Counted from the first letter of the stretch, positions 12,840 through 26,269 are shown. The stretch: 64,000 nt of DNA from Malacoraja senta (GCA_038087875.1 CM075989.1:17176001-17240000); one strand, 5' to 3'. Translations and numbers: made by a program. The notes: a model not told the origin generated them from the letters alone.

Positions 12840-13379
12840 CTGCCAGGTCAAGTCAGAGAGTTACAGGAGGCCCTTAACATGTTACAGCCTCTTATGTCAC
12901 CAAATCATGCTCAACATGAACATGCAATTAGTACGGGTGTCAGGGATCAAGGGGAGAATGCAGGAGAATGGGGTTAGGAGGGAGAGATAGATAAATAGAT
13001 CAGCCATGATTGAATGGCAGAGTAGACATTGGGCCAAATGGCCTAATTCTGCTCCTATCACTTATGACCTATTGAACCCCAACTCCACCTCTGTCCCTTT
13101 GATCCAAAACTTTAATTCACAGAAATATACTGTCAGTTTTGAAAGCCTGTACTGACCCCAGCATCATTGGCCTTGCAGTGTTGGGTGTTTCAGATTTCCA
13201 CTCCTTGTTTTATTTCTGTTTATTCATCCCATCGAGTCTATATTGGCTCCTGGAGCATTCCCAAAAATCTCAGTCTCCCATAACTTCCCGTAAACTATGC
13301 TCTCTCACATAACCTTCGACCCACCCCCTTGTCCACCCCATTTTGATAACCGTTCGTCGGACCAGGAAGCTCTTCAAAG

Positions 13380-13670
13380 TTTAGTTTTTAGTTTGGAGAT
13401 ACAGCATGGAAACAGACAATGAGTCTGCACCATCCAGCGATCACCCCGTACACTAGTTCCTACATGCTGGGGACAATTTACCAAAGCCAATTAACCTACA
13501 AACCTGTACGTCTTTGGAATGTGGGAGGAAACTGGAGCACCTGGAGAACATCCACGCGGTCACAAGGAGAACGTACAAACTCCGTACAGACAGCACCCGT
13601 AGTCAGGATGGAACCCGGGTTTCTGCCACTGTTAGGCAGCAACTCTACCCGCTGCGCTACCGTGCAGCCC
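13380..13670 (-). mobile_element. HE1-type V-SINE
   Basis: Reverse-orientation copy. Confidence 0.8.
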
Positions 13671-14921
13671 AGGAGTGAAATAAAAATAATTTTTAAGCTA
13701 TGTTTAGCTGTATTTAATTTGAGGCCAACACTAAATGAACATATCTTTAACCGCTTCCCTGAAACAATCTCAGATTATCCTCGTGTTTTCTATGCCAATG
13801 TAATTGCAATGACCTGTGAGAGAAAGAGGTTTGTGAATGTTCAACTGCTGAGTATATTTAAGTGCCACAGACTGCTGTGGAGGCCGAGTCTGGGTATTTT
13901 TAAAGTGAAGATTGATAGGTTCTTGATGAGAAAGGGTATTAAAGGTTATGGGGGAAGACAGGAGAATGGGGTTGAGAGGGAAAGATAGATCAGTCATGAT
14001 CGAATGGCGGACTAAACTCGATGGGCCAAATGGCTTAATTCTGCCTTTATGACATATAAACTTATTAGAATGATAGATATTTGCATATTCGGAAATTCTG
14101 GGGGTTAGTACAGGAAATTGGAGCTGAGAGTTTAAAAAAATCAGCCACAATCTATTGATTAGGAGCAGAGGGGTAGAGGGTCCAAATAACTTGCTCCTAT
14201 TTCTCAAGATCTTATCTCGTGACATTGGTTCGAGCAAAGGTTCCTCTGGACAGAGCCAAGTCCATTGGAATTTCTGGGTGCATGTGATGTGGAGGGCTTG
14301 GTGTGGAGGAACAGGGCTAGGAAAGGTGTAGTTATTGGGGAGGGGATCAGTAATTAGGCCAGCAGACATTCAGATCTGGGCCTGCAGATGTGATCGTTTG
14401 ATGCCGGGGAAGGAATGCCATTGAGAATCTGTGAAACAATGTTGGATGGGAGGTTAGGGAATTAATGGGGGTCATTGTGTATATCGGCAACGAAGAGATG
14501 TAAGAAATGTAAGAGATTCTACAACTGCATTGTAAAGGATCAGGAAGAGAATCATAGCTGCTGCGTAGGAGGGTGGGAAAGCAAATGTTAAATTAAGATG
14601 GGGAGTAAATGGGTGGTTAAATAAGTTGTGTTTTATATGAGAATATCAGGAAGAGAAGAGAAATGATCTGCTCTGAATCAGAAAAAGGGAACTAAATTAG
14701 ACAAAAACAGAAGGATGAAAAGCAAGGGATAAATCAGGGGAAATGTTAAATCTTCACATTGTATTAATCCATGTAGACTGATTGTGCCTACTGTATTTTT
14801 CTTCTCAGCTAAAGATATATTTGCTGTGATTTATAGTGATACTTCCTCTGTTCTAATGATTTGTCATGTCTATGAATCTCATTTTAACTTTGATACGTTA
14901 TCAACAGCCCACATTTGAGGT

Positions 14922-15172
14922 GAGACCCGGGTTCGATCCTGACCGCGGGTGCTGTTTGTATGGAGTTTGTAAATTCTCCCTGTGACCGCGTGGGTTTTCT
15001 CCAGGTGCTCCGGTTGCCTCCCACACTCCAAAGACGCTCAGGTTTGTCGGTTACTTAACTTTAGTAAAAATTGCAAATTGTCCCTAGCGTGTAGGGTAGT
15101 GTTAGTGGACGGGATGATCACCGGTCGACGTGGACTCGGCAGGTCGAAGGGCCTCTTTCCGTGCTATATCTC
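14922..15172 (+). mobile_element. HE1-type V-SINE (5'-truncated)
   Basis: B box, V-domain, tail. Confidence 0.8.
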
Positions 15173-15311
15173 TGAAGCCCAGAATTGGCGCCAGACGGGT
15201 CTCTCCATCTTTATTCTTAAGTGCTTTTGGTAGTAGTTTTATCAAACAATGTGAAAGGCCTGTTTCTGCGCTGTATGTCTAAAGTCTAGAGAGACAGATG
15301 TGCATGCTCAC

Positions 15312-15489
15312 CAAGCCTGGACGAGGTGACATTGTTGGCGTTGGCACTTCCATTGCAAGGCTTCTGGTGGCATTGCTTGTAGGCTGGTGGCTTGGTCAAA
15401 GAAGGGCATTCGTTGCCGTGGCGTCCGGTGATTCTGTGCATACATTGAACCACACGAGAATGCAGGCCCTTGCCGCATGTGGACGAACA
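15312..15489 (-). CDS. ADAMTS17: ADAMTS17 last TSP1 exon: [59 protein letters not shown](A)
   Basis: 178 nt; acceptor tgttccAG, donor G|GTGAGC; phase 0 to 1. Confidence 0.94.
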
Positions 15490-16805
15490 CTGGAACAGAG
15501 ACTGACACTGTTACGCACGCCCAGAAAACACATCCAGTCACTAACGAACAAACTGGAAAATCCACCAGATTTCTTTATTTAGCTTTAATCTATAATTATC
15601 CTACAATGTATATTTCTTCTAGAGAAAGACTATTTTTAAAAGGCTGATAACTTAATAGTTCAACATAAAGAGTCAATCTGCTGAAGGAAGTTTCAAATCC
15701 CTGTGTCTATTCCTGAGCCTTGTACAGAGGGAGTGCTGATAGAAGTTGCAACCAACAGGTCAACATTATTTCTGAGCACCTTCCCTCAAGGCTATCAGCT
15801 TGGATGGTGAAGTTTCCAAATCTACCCAATGAGTCTGATAGCAGAAGGGAGGTGACTTAACATCAGTCATTTTTAAAATGGTGGATTCTGTAACAAGACA
15901 CAAAATGCTGGAGTAACTCCGCGGGTCAGGCAGCATCTCTGAAGAAAAGGAATAGGTGACGTTTCGGGTTGAGACCCTTCTACGGATTCTGTAACTGATT
16001 TGTTTTGGATGAACTTCAATTGCATCGCCAGCGTTGGAATTATAATGACACCAGGATCTGCAGATGCTGGTTTACAAAGAAAGACACAAAGTGTGCTGTT
16101 ATGTCTCAGTGGGTCATGTAGCACCTGTGGAGAACATGGATGGACGACATTTTGGGTCGGGACACTTCTTCAGACTGTCTTCTTCTGTCTGTCTGAAGTA
16201 GCATCCTGACCCAACATGTCTCCATATTCTCCAGAGATGCTGCCTGATCAACTGAGTTACTTCAGCACCGTTTTTTTCAGTGTTGTCGTGATGTTGGTAT
16301 TATTTTAGCAATAAAAAAGGAAAGATGGAAGGACAATCTTAATTCTTTATATTAGAGGCAGCAGCCTCCCAGAGGAAGAGAGTACAGACTAGAGCTGGGA
16401 CTGCAACGGTCTGGTATCAATCTCCAGCCTGTCTTTCTTCCAGCACCGTCTCCTTACAGTGAGTATGGAATTGGTGAATCTCTCCCAGGACTCAGTATGG
16501 AAACATCCAAGGCAATGGGGAAGCGTGTGGAACTGGGGCACTTGCTATTAAAGCCAGTGCATACATTCACGTGTTTCCAACTGCAGCTGTGAATAAAATA
16601 ATGCACACAGGTTGCCGACTGGGCATCGGACCAGCAAGCCCTTCAGAGGGAAATAAAAAGATTTTAAAAGCTATGTTTAGCAGTATTTAATTTGGGTCTG
16701 ACACTAAATTAACACATCTTCAACTGCTTCACTTAAACACTCTCAGTTTATCCTCATGTTTTCTACATCAATGTTACGTGCAATGATCTGGAAGAGAACG
16801 CTCAG

Positions 16806-17140
16806 AGTTTAGTTTAGAGATCTAGCATGGAAACAGGCCCCTCCACCGCACTAAAACTACACCGACCATCGATCACCCGTACACACTAGTTCTGGGCCAT
16901 CCTACTCCCTCACCCACTCCCGACACACCAGGGGCAATTTGCAGAGATCTATTAACCTACAAACCGCACGTCTCTGGGATACGGGAGACAACTAGAGGAA
17001 ACCCACGTAGTCGCAGGAAGAACATGCAAACTCCACGCAGACAGCATCTGATGTTCGAACTGATTTCAGCATCTGATTTCAGGATCAAACCTGGGTCTCT
17101 GGCGCTGTGAGGCCGCGGCTCTACCAGCTGCGCCAGTGTC
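16806..17140 (-). mobile_element. HE1-type V-SINE
   Basis: Reverse-orientation copy. Confidence 0.75.
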
Positions 17141-17639
17141 ACCTCAGTGATGGCAGACTGGACAGATATAGCAAGCTGATTAGTACAACAGGCTCCAGAC
17201 TTGCACTGCAATGAATTTGATTCTGACTTGCACCACTCTTGCAACAAAGTGAAATGAAGATACCGGTGAATCACAATCTCAGGATATTATACTAGGATTC
17301 TGGTTATCTCTGGAGGAGGCTAATTCATTCCTTGTGTCCTTGCTTGTCCAGTCGAGCATCATACTCGGGTATGTCTCTGCTTGTGTTGTAAATAAGACAT
17401 CTGTGTGGGATGCACACTGCTCTGTGGGAACCACGCACTATCGCCTGCCCCTCCCTGCTGCCCAAGCCTCTCCCTCTCCTTGGTTGGCTGCAGAAGCTGG
17501 ACAGTGTTGCAGGCAGGGAAACAGAGACGGAGTCAGCAGCTTCTGTGGTACAACCGGCGTCGATGGGGGAGGCCGTTGGACCTGGGTGGTCCGTCAACTC
17601 GTGGAACAGCTGGGCAGACCCAGCGGTGTGAATATTGAA

Positions 17640-18090
17640 GATAGACACAAAATGCTGGAGTAACTCAGCAGGACGGGCAGCATCACCGGAGAGAAGGAAT
17701 GAGTGACGTTTTGGGATGAGAACCTTCTTCAGACTATTGATATCTCTAACTTGAAGTAACCCTTGCTTTCCCTCACTCTCTGTCCCTCCCCCACTCCCAC
17801 CCTAGTTAACCTACTAGTTCCATTGTCCTCCAGATTAATTTTACTGTTTGTACGACTCGTTGTCACCTTCCCCTCGTCCAACAATGAACCATTATGCATT
17901 TCCTTGATCATCGTCTGCTTTGATCTGTTCTTTTCACACCTTACATGTTCTTTGTACCCTTCCATATCTCGTTTCCCTCCCCCCTGAATCTCAGTTTGAA
18001 GACGGGTCTTGACCTGAAATGTCACCCATTCCTTCTCTCCAGAGATGCTGCCAGTCCTGCTGAGTTACTCCAGCATTTTGTGTCTACCTT
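17640..18090. mobile_element. Penelope-like fragment with inverted terminal arms around the EN end/3' region
   Basis: Arm 17640-17733 is inverted relative to 17995-18090; middle matches 42400-42620. Confidence 0.7.
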
Positions 18091-18154
18091 AGCTGCTCTC
18101 GTTCTGCACTAACCGGGCAGTGTAAGTAACCCTGATCTTCAAACCCCAGTACTG

Positions 18155-18728
18155 AGAGACTGGTTCACATCCACATTTAGAGCAATGTGTTCAGTTCTGG
18201 GCACCATGTTATGGGAAAGATGTCGTCAGGCTGGAAAGGGTGCAGAGAAGATTTACGAGGATGCTGCTACGACTTGAGGGTCTGAGCTATAGAGAGAGGT
18301 TGAGGAGGCTAGGACTTTATTCCTTGAAGCGTGGTCCCTGGAGATGAGGGATGAACTTATAGAGATGGATGAAATCATGAGAGAAGTAGATCGGGTAAAT
18401 GCACAGAGTCTTTTACGCAGAGTGGGGGAATCAAGAACAAGAGGACATATATTTAGGGTGATGGAGGAAAGATTTAATAGGAACTGAGGGTTAACTTTTT
18501 TTACACAAAGGGTGGTGGGTAGATGGAATGAGCTGCTGGAGGAGGTAGTACAGCCAAGTACTATTATAACATTTAAGAGACATTGAGACCTGTACACGGA
18601 TAGGATATGTTTCGAAGGTTATGGGCTAAGCTTGGATAGATGGGACTAGTCTAGATGGGAATAGTGTAGACTGATCGGCGTAGGCAAGTTGGGACGAAGG
18701 ACCTGTTTTCTATGACCGTATGACTATG
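18155..18728 (+). mobile_element. CR1/HER1-type LINE 3' fragment
   Basis: Degenerate ORF2 C-terminus and (TATGAC)-like tail. Confidence 0.8.
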
Positions 18729-19152
18729 ATCTCCCCAATCCATCGAATATGAATCCTCACAGGCAGCCTCTGCAAACACTGAGCTGAGGGTTCCTGCGAG
18801 TGTCTGCAGAGGTTCACACAGGCTCCCTGCATAGCTGCTGCCATGCATCTCTTGATATAGACTTCTTTTTGCTGATTCCATTGGCACTATTGTTCCTGGG
18901 AAGGCACCCCGAGTGCCAAGTGAGGTGTCAATAAGACACGGGCTTCCTGAGAGAAACAAGCTGACAAGGGTTGACACGTTGACTCAGGTTAAAAGATAGA
19001 CTGTCAGTTAGTTGTTGAGGGACTCTGATGTAGATTGAGAGTACAGAGGTAGATTACTTGTTACAAGTCAAGCTGGAGCATTAGTCTTCAGAAGCATCAG
19101 AGCTGTGATATTTAACCTAATTACTGGCTTTCTCAGTTCTTTATTTCAAATA

Positions 19153-19552
19153 CAGGTGCTCCCCTACTTACTTAATAGGCGACACATGTGAATTTGCACT
19201 TATGTAAGCAATTCTTCAAGCCCACAGATGCCCACGTGGTCTCCGTGTTGGAGCTCCCACATGGTCTCCAAGTTGGAGCTCCCACATGGTCTCCACGTCA
19301 GAGCTCCCACATGGTCTCCACGTCGGAGCTCCCACGTGGCCTCCAGGTATGAGCTCCCACTTGGTCTCCACGTCGGAGCTCCCACATGGTCTCCATATCG
19401 GAGCTCCCCCGTGGCCTCCACGTCTGAACTCCCACTTGGTCTCCACGTCGGAGCTCCCACATGTTTACGCGCGCTTCTGTTTCCGACTTACGTAACATTC
19501 AACACGTAAGGGTCCGTGGGACATAACCCTTACATAAGTCAGGGAGCATGTG
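19153..19552. mobile_element. Tc1/mariner-superfamily (Tigger/pogo-like) MITE
   Basis: TA|CAGGTGCTCCCCTACTTACTTAA ... TTACATAAGTCAGGGAGCATGTG|TA; TIR match 17/23; TA flanks. Confidence 0.6.
19231..19463. repeat. 25-bp minisatellite, about 9.3 copies (CCCACATGGTCTCCACGTCGGAGCT)
   Basis: Head-to-tail units with no unique spacers. Confidence 0.95.
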
Positions 19553-21494
19553 TAAGCCTATCACCAATTTATTTCCTGTGCAAGACTGGCCAATGATAAT
19601 GGGAACATACAAAAAGAATTGCTGCTGTATCCTGAATGATAAAAGCAGAATGCTCATTAATAAATAAACCAGACCATTATCTGTAGTCTGTAAAGGTAGA
19701 AGTTGCTTGTAAAATGTTACTGTTTGACAGCTGTTTGAGATGTTTTAGTGCAACTCTTTCTGATGCAAAAGCTCTCTAACAAACGCAGTTGTGATGCATA
19801 AGCATCCGTTAGATCCACACGTCCTTGAGCTGTTGATGCTGAATAGTTTAATGCCCATGAGAAATCCTGTTCCTTCACCGCTGATTATCTCTCCCTGTTC
19901 CTCCTGCTGCTCTCCACAGACTTCAGTTCATTAACTCCTCTGCTGCCAGAGTGTAACTTGGCCCCAGGTTTTTCATAACTCAAAGTGCTGGAGTAACTCA
20001 GCGGGTTGGGCAGCATATCAGGAGGACACGGACAGGGGACATTTCAGATTGGGAAACAAGGAACTGCAGATGCTGGTTTACAAAAAAAGACACAAAGTGC
20101 TAGAGTAACTCGAAAACGGAAGATCTCGGAGAAAACCCACGCAGGTCACAGGGCGATTGTACTGACTCCATATAGACAGCGCCCATAGTCAGGATTGAAC
20201 TCATGACTGTGGCGCTGGAAGGCAGCAACTCAGTCACCGTGCCGCCCTCTATCCAATCAAATCAGATAAACATTGAGTCGTAGAGCCTTACAGCATAGAA
20301 ACAGGCCCAACTTCCCCTTGCCTACCAAGGTGGCCCATCTATGCTAGTCCCACCTGCCCCCATTTGGCCCATATTCCTTCTCAACCTTTCCTATTCATAA
20401 GCACAAGCAAAAACTCAGAGTACAATAGATAGAGCAAAGGAGAAGGTACAGAGTTCAGAATATAGTTGGCAGCATTTTAGCACACCAGTTCCTGAGACAC
20501 ACACCAGTTCCAGAAGCCAGCATAAACCATGATGCACTGATTGCCACTCTGACCGCACATTGTTACTCAGTGTAGCAGCATCTGATCCCTGTGGACAGCA
20601 CACTGCCATCAGTGCATGAAGGAAGCACTCTTACTTCAGAATAACTGGTTAAAATGAACACTCTCATTTATCAGATTATTCCACTGAGAGTAAATTGCGA
20701 CAATCCGAAAATTACCATCCTTTTCTCCTTTCCTCTGTTTGAGATTGTATTTGATTTTCCAAGGTTGTAAAATATCTCCCTGGAGGATGAGAGTTGCTCT
20801 GCTGTTTGACACTGTGTGCGGTCTAGGATTAATGATGACAGCGCCTGTCACATCACACTAGCGTTATAATATTTAAACCGGTGGCAGGAGCTGCCGGAGC
20901 TGGAGTTATGGTCACGGCCACCTGATCAGTGCCGCTGCTGCTCTTCAATTAAACAACATCAGAACAAAACACTCTTCCAGCAAAGGCTTTCAAGATGACT
21001 GCTGAGTGCAGTTGGAACGAACACAGCTCTTCAGCAGGTCCCAGGATGTCCCAAAGCAGTTTGTAACCGATGTGGTGTCATCAAATGCGGAAAACACAGC
21101 ATCCATTTTACATGGGCTAGGATGTGATCATGTTCACCTACAGATGTGGAGATAGCCTGCTTGTGGCACTGAATGAGCAAGGCAGAGATCTGTACTATCA
21201 ATGTGGAGACATAAATTAAAAATCACTTTGCAATCTGTGTAATCAGTGTATTTGAGTTCTGTCAAATGCTGCATTCTGAAAAAAAAACACTCGGGACCAT
21301 GAAACGTTTGGACTGTTGCTAAAGAGAACCTGGTTCACAAATGGTCTCGAGGTTACTCCATGCCCACTGTATTGTGAAAGACTGGCAATGGCCTCCTGAA
21401 AGTTGTAAGACATGTTGCTCTATAAAACTGCGACCAAAAACACTTGAATAAAAGATGGAGAGTCCTGTCTGCATCAACCCTGGCACCAATTTTA

Positions 21495-21785
21495 CATTTC
21501 AGAGATACAGCACGGAAAGAGGCCCTTCGACCCACTGAGTCCGTGCCGCCCCAGTGATCATCCCGTACACTTGCGCTATCCTTCATACTAGGGATAATTT
21601 ACAATTTTACTGAAGCCAATTAATCTACAAACCTGCACATCTTTGGAGTGTGGGAGGAAACTGGGGCACCCAGAGAAATCCTACGCAGTCACGGGAAGAA
21701 TGTAAAAACTCCTTACAGACAGCACCCATAGTCAGGATTGAACCTGGGTCCCTGGCACTCTACCGCTGCGGCATTGTGCTGCCCC
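21495..21785 (-). mobile_element. HE1-type V-SINE
   Basis: Reverse-orientation copy. Confidence 0.8.
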
Positions 21786-22329
21786 TGATACATGATAATG
21801 GCATATTTGGCCCGGTCCGGCCTTGTGTCTAAATTGGCAGAGCTACAGAGGGAGTCCCAGAGAATCGTCAAACCACTGCCTGGTACCAGTGACTCGTCCC
21901 TCACAAGCCCAGCCCTACCAGCAGAATCTTATGCACCAAGAGGGGGCAGTATGGTGATATAAAATGGGGAGAGTGAGTCCTTGTGAACCTTCACAATGAA
22001 TCCAGATCCTGCAACATTAGACAAGAGTGTTTTATTGTCATATGTCCCAGAGAGAACAATGAAATTCTTACTTGCAGCAGCACGACAGAATTTGTAAAAT
22101 TGGTACTGTAAACGATATCATAAACGAGAGGGGGAAAAAAAGTTACGATAAATACACATACTCACAAATACACACATATATATATATAGATCATATATAT
22201 ATACATATATATTATATACACGCACACATACGTACACACAAAAAACAATCATAGTGCAATAATAACAATAATAGTCCATGTAGTTCAGAGCTTATTGAAG
22301 GTTGTAGTTTTTAAGAGCCATTTAATAAC

Positions 22330-23130
22330 ATGAGGCCAAACACAGGCAAGTGAGTCTCTCGATCACCTCTCCCATCCTCCCTCTGCTGATGAAGCTGTGC
22401 TCCTCCTGGTTGAACATCACTTGGAAGAAGCAGTGAGTGTGCCAAGACCACAAACTGCATACTGACAGGGACGCTGCAGGCAGTGTGAGAGCAGGGCGTC
22501 AATGTTCATCACTAAGAGTGGCTTGGTTACACCATCACTGACAGAGATACCAGACTTGGGCTGCAGCAGGCAACAGGAGGACCAAGAGAAAGGAACAAAC
22601 CTCCTGCTCCAGACTAAAGTGAGCCTAAAGATCTAAATTTCGGGGGGGGGGGGGGGGGGGGGATGAGAGGAAACTCTCTTATCTCACCAGTACATGACAC
22701 CAGGGCACCCAAGTGAAGATGGTCAAAGAGAATCAGGAAGAAGATTTTGCTCTCTGTTGCCACCAGCAATGTACGGTGATTTGTTGTTGGAGGACAGACA
22801 CTCAGTTCTGCAACATCCACAGAATTAACCTTGGCTGAATCACCTTCAGCCACTTCACATCGAGGTGTGACATGGTCTGTTTGCAGATGACCATGGTGTT
22901 TAGTTCCTATGTTTGCACTGCGAAGTACAAATAATGGAGCGCCAGGCAAATTCCAGGTGCTACTGTCATCATCAAGAGAGAAGCTAATGATTATTCAACA
23001 AGACTGGCAAAGTTCACTGACCGCTTTGACATTCAGAACTGGATCAAAGCCATGAACACTACAGATCAGAGGCTGGGTAACCAATATTGAGTAACTCGTC
23101 TCCTGACACCTTCAGCCTTTCCACCTCCTG
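22330..23130 (+). mobile_element. Highly decayed LINE (EN- and RT-like remnants)
   Basis: FADD-like motif near 22880; resembles recalled elasmobranch CR1-group LINEs; poly-G at about 22642-22662. Confidence 0.45.
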
Positions 23131-23885
23131 CAAGGCTCTGGGACCAAACAACATACTAGCTGCAAAGGAACCCAGGCGTACCCATAGTTGGTATCCAATG
23201 ACTTAAGGTATGAAGTCACAGAGCCATAGATACAGCATGCAGAAAGGCCCTTTGGCCCACCAAGTCCATGCAAACCACCAGTCACCCATTTACAATCATC
23301 CCATTTTTATTCTCCTGATATTCTCATCGTCTCTCTCTCCCCCCAGATTCTACCATTTGCCTATGAACTCAAAGTGGCCAGTGAGCATGCAAAAGGAACC
23401 CACATGGTCACAGGGAGAATGTGCAAACTCTACCCCAGGTCAGGATTGAACCAGGCTCTCCGGCACTGTGTGGTAGTGGCTCCTCAAGCTGCAACACCGT
23501 GCCACCCAAGTCACAGAGATCATCCTCACCAATGTCAAGGTGACAATGAATGACATTGCACTGGCCACTATTTACTTCAATCACAGTTTTTTAAGTCATG
23601 GAAGTTTCTTGTTGCCTTTGCTTAGATTTATTTTACAGAGATGTGAGCAGTGGTTCTCCAACTCGAGCAACAACGTCAGGATTGCCATGGGACATCGATC
23701 CTTACAGCTGCTTGTTTATTATATTTTTTAAATGGACTCAGTTTAATGACTCTTCCAACCAGTTATTCCTTTATTACTTTTGGTCCCAATGAAAGATGGG
23801 GAGATTTATTAAAAACGATGTTACCGAGCTCCATGGTGCTGGAGGGTTTATCTTGACTGGCTTTGCCTGGGCCTGTCGTATCAAG

Positions 23886-24091
23886 TGTAGGAAGGAACTG
23901 CAGATGCTGGTTTACACTGAAGATAGGCACAAAATGCTGGAGAAATTCAGTGGGACAGGCAACATCTCTGGATAGAAGGAATGGGTGACATCTCGGGTCG
24001 AGAAACCTTCTTCAGACCCTTATTCGACCTGAAACGTCAACCATTCCTTCTGTCCAGAGATGCTGCCTGTTCCGCTGAGTTACACCAGCAT
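23886..24091. mobile_element. Palindromic Penelope-derived repeat
   Basis: Same inverted-arm family as 8941-9148. Confidence 0.7.
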
Positions 24092-25674
24092 TATCATATC
24101 ATGTCTGGCTTTGGTATGGTTCTGCCACTGCATGTCCAGGGGCAGAGCAGAGACACCATGAGGGGTGCAGCCACCCCGAGCCATCCACATTGTGGGTACC
24201 CGCGCTGGAACCTGGGGACGGTTGAGTTTGAGCTTCCCAATTTCCCTCAGGTCTGACTGTATCTGAAGGAAACTGCGTGTAAAATCTGCCTCCTGGGGTT
24301 ATGCAGGAAAGAGGTGCGTGGATCGCCCCTGTATAATAACCCTGTTTAACCTGGGAAGGCAGCCCGAATGAGAATGGAACCCATATACCCAGGCTGAGGG
24401 GGACCGGACCGTGATTCATTAGATTATCACTGCTGACATTTCTGCATGGATCAGTGGAGAAGGGAGAAATAGTGTTGCTAACTCCAGTAGCAATTCAACA
24501 GCGCTTGCAGCACCGGAGACCCGTTCCAATCCTGACTATGGATGAAACGCTGGTCTGTATACACGCAGCAGCTCAGCTGCCGAGAATGTTTATCTCCAGT
24601 GACCCATGACCTGGGCATGCGCAGTCGGAATACCGAACTCGCTTATTCTCAACTGCTTCCCAATGTTCCATCAAACGTTTCTTTATTCTCAGTGATTCTT
24701 TCCTTTATAAAGACTTGAATATTGCTATCGCCACTATCTATGCCTCAGATGACAGCGCCATGGTTTAATTGCTTGGAGACTGGTTCTTTGCTAAGACAGG
24801 AAGAAAACTTTGGAAAGTATCTCATGCATTGAAACTTTGTTGGCTCTTTAGTCAGGAAAGGTGAAATATAAAAGCAATCTTTCCTCTAAGTAACGTCACT
24901 ATCAAACTTGGCAGGTTTTAGATGCAGTCTGTCCTTCTACAGGGTGCACAACCGTTCCTTATAAATATTACATTCAAAAGATCAGCTTTGAAGCTCTGTC
25001 CTCCATTCTTAATTCACGCCACCCTCGGATCAGTATTACACCCGTTGCCACATTTTAGTTGCTTTTTACACTGTTCATGACCAGTTGTAATAAACAATCA
25101 TAAAAATTGCCAGCTCAGATTCTTGCTGTTAGTGTAATCACATCACTAATTATCAAAGCAACACTGTTAACAATCAAAAAGCATGCGTTCAAATTCCATC
25201 GCAGTTTGAGAACATGAATAAATCAGAAATAAAAAAAGCTGGTATTGGTGAATTTGTAATTAAGTTGTAGAATTGTCATAATAAAACTTGCAACTGGTTC
25301 AGTAATATTTAAAAGGAAAACTACTAACATTACTAGTTAACCACTGTGCTGTTTGTTGCTTGGTCATTTTCTCAATGCAAAAATACATCTGGTGGAGTTA
25401 AATTATCTCTGCTTGTATTAGCTTACATTTCCCACATGGGTGACATTCCACATTCAAAGTTTGACGAAAGGGAATTTTTAAACTTTCTATTTCTGCCAAG
25501 TGTTTTGCTAGAAGTTGGAAGAACAAGTTTAATGCAAAATAAATCAAATGCAGAAAAAATAATTACAGAACAGTCTGAAGAAGGATTCCAACCTGAAACA
25601 TCCATTGCTTCTCTCCAGTGATGCTGCCTGGCCTGCTGAGTTACTCCAGCATTTTATGTCTAACTTCGGTATAA

Positions 25675-25946
25675 TAATAATAATAATAGATTTTATTTAT
25701 GGGCGCCTATACAAAAGTCTCAAGGACACCGTACAAAATTTAACAAAGAAACATATAATCAGGGTAAAATAAGTTATAAAGACATCACCAATACACAAAT
25801 TAAAGACAGAAATTCGATCCAAAAAAGACAACAACAAAAATTCAGAAACACAATGTGAAGAGAGAGCAGCAGCAGCCAAACCGCGCCAGCGTACACTCTC
25901 CCTTCCGACCGCCATCTTGGACATAGACTAACATAGACACTACACT
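25675..25946 (-). mobile_element. Short non-autonomous retroelement with L2-type tail, nested in a Penelope-derived repeat
   Basis: TSD GGTATAA at 25668-25674 and 25947-25953; minus strand starts near CAAGATGGCGG and ends TGTACGGTGTCCTTGAG..AGGCGCCCATAAATAAAATC(TAT)n. Confidence 0.75.
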
Positions 25947-26013
25947 GGTATAAACCAGCATCTGCAGTTCCTTCCTACACAATGATTCTCTGATGATATT
26001 ATCCCACAAGGGA

Positions 26014-26216
26014 AGATATATACAAAAATTGCTGGTGTTACTCAGCAGGACAGGCAGCTTCTCTGGATAAAAGCTAAAAATGGGTGATGTTTCGGGTCGA
26101 CACCCTTCTTCAGACGTCACCCATTCCTTCTATCCAGAAATGCTGTCTGTCCCGCTGAGTTACTCCAGCATTTTGTGTATCTTCAGTGTAAACCAGCATC
26201 TGCAGTTCCTTCCTAC
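26014..26216. mobile_element. Palindromic Penelope-derived repeat just 3' of an ADAMTS17 exon
   Basis: Inverted arms; minus-strand CTGAAGA..GAAACATC core. Confidence 0.7.
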
Positions 26217-26269
26217 TCGTTTTGTCTTATCCTACAAGGGTATTGATATTTAGGAATGGAGTTACATAC

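Noticed and set aside
19231..19463. CRISPR-like regular repeats and overlapping ORFs
   Set aside because: Units abut with no unique spacers; vertebrate context; a minisatellite
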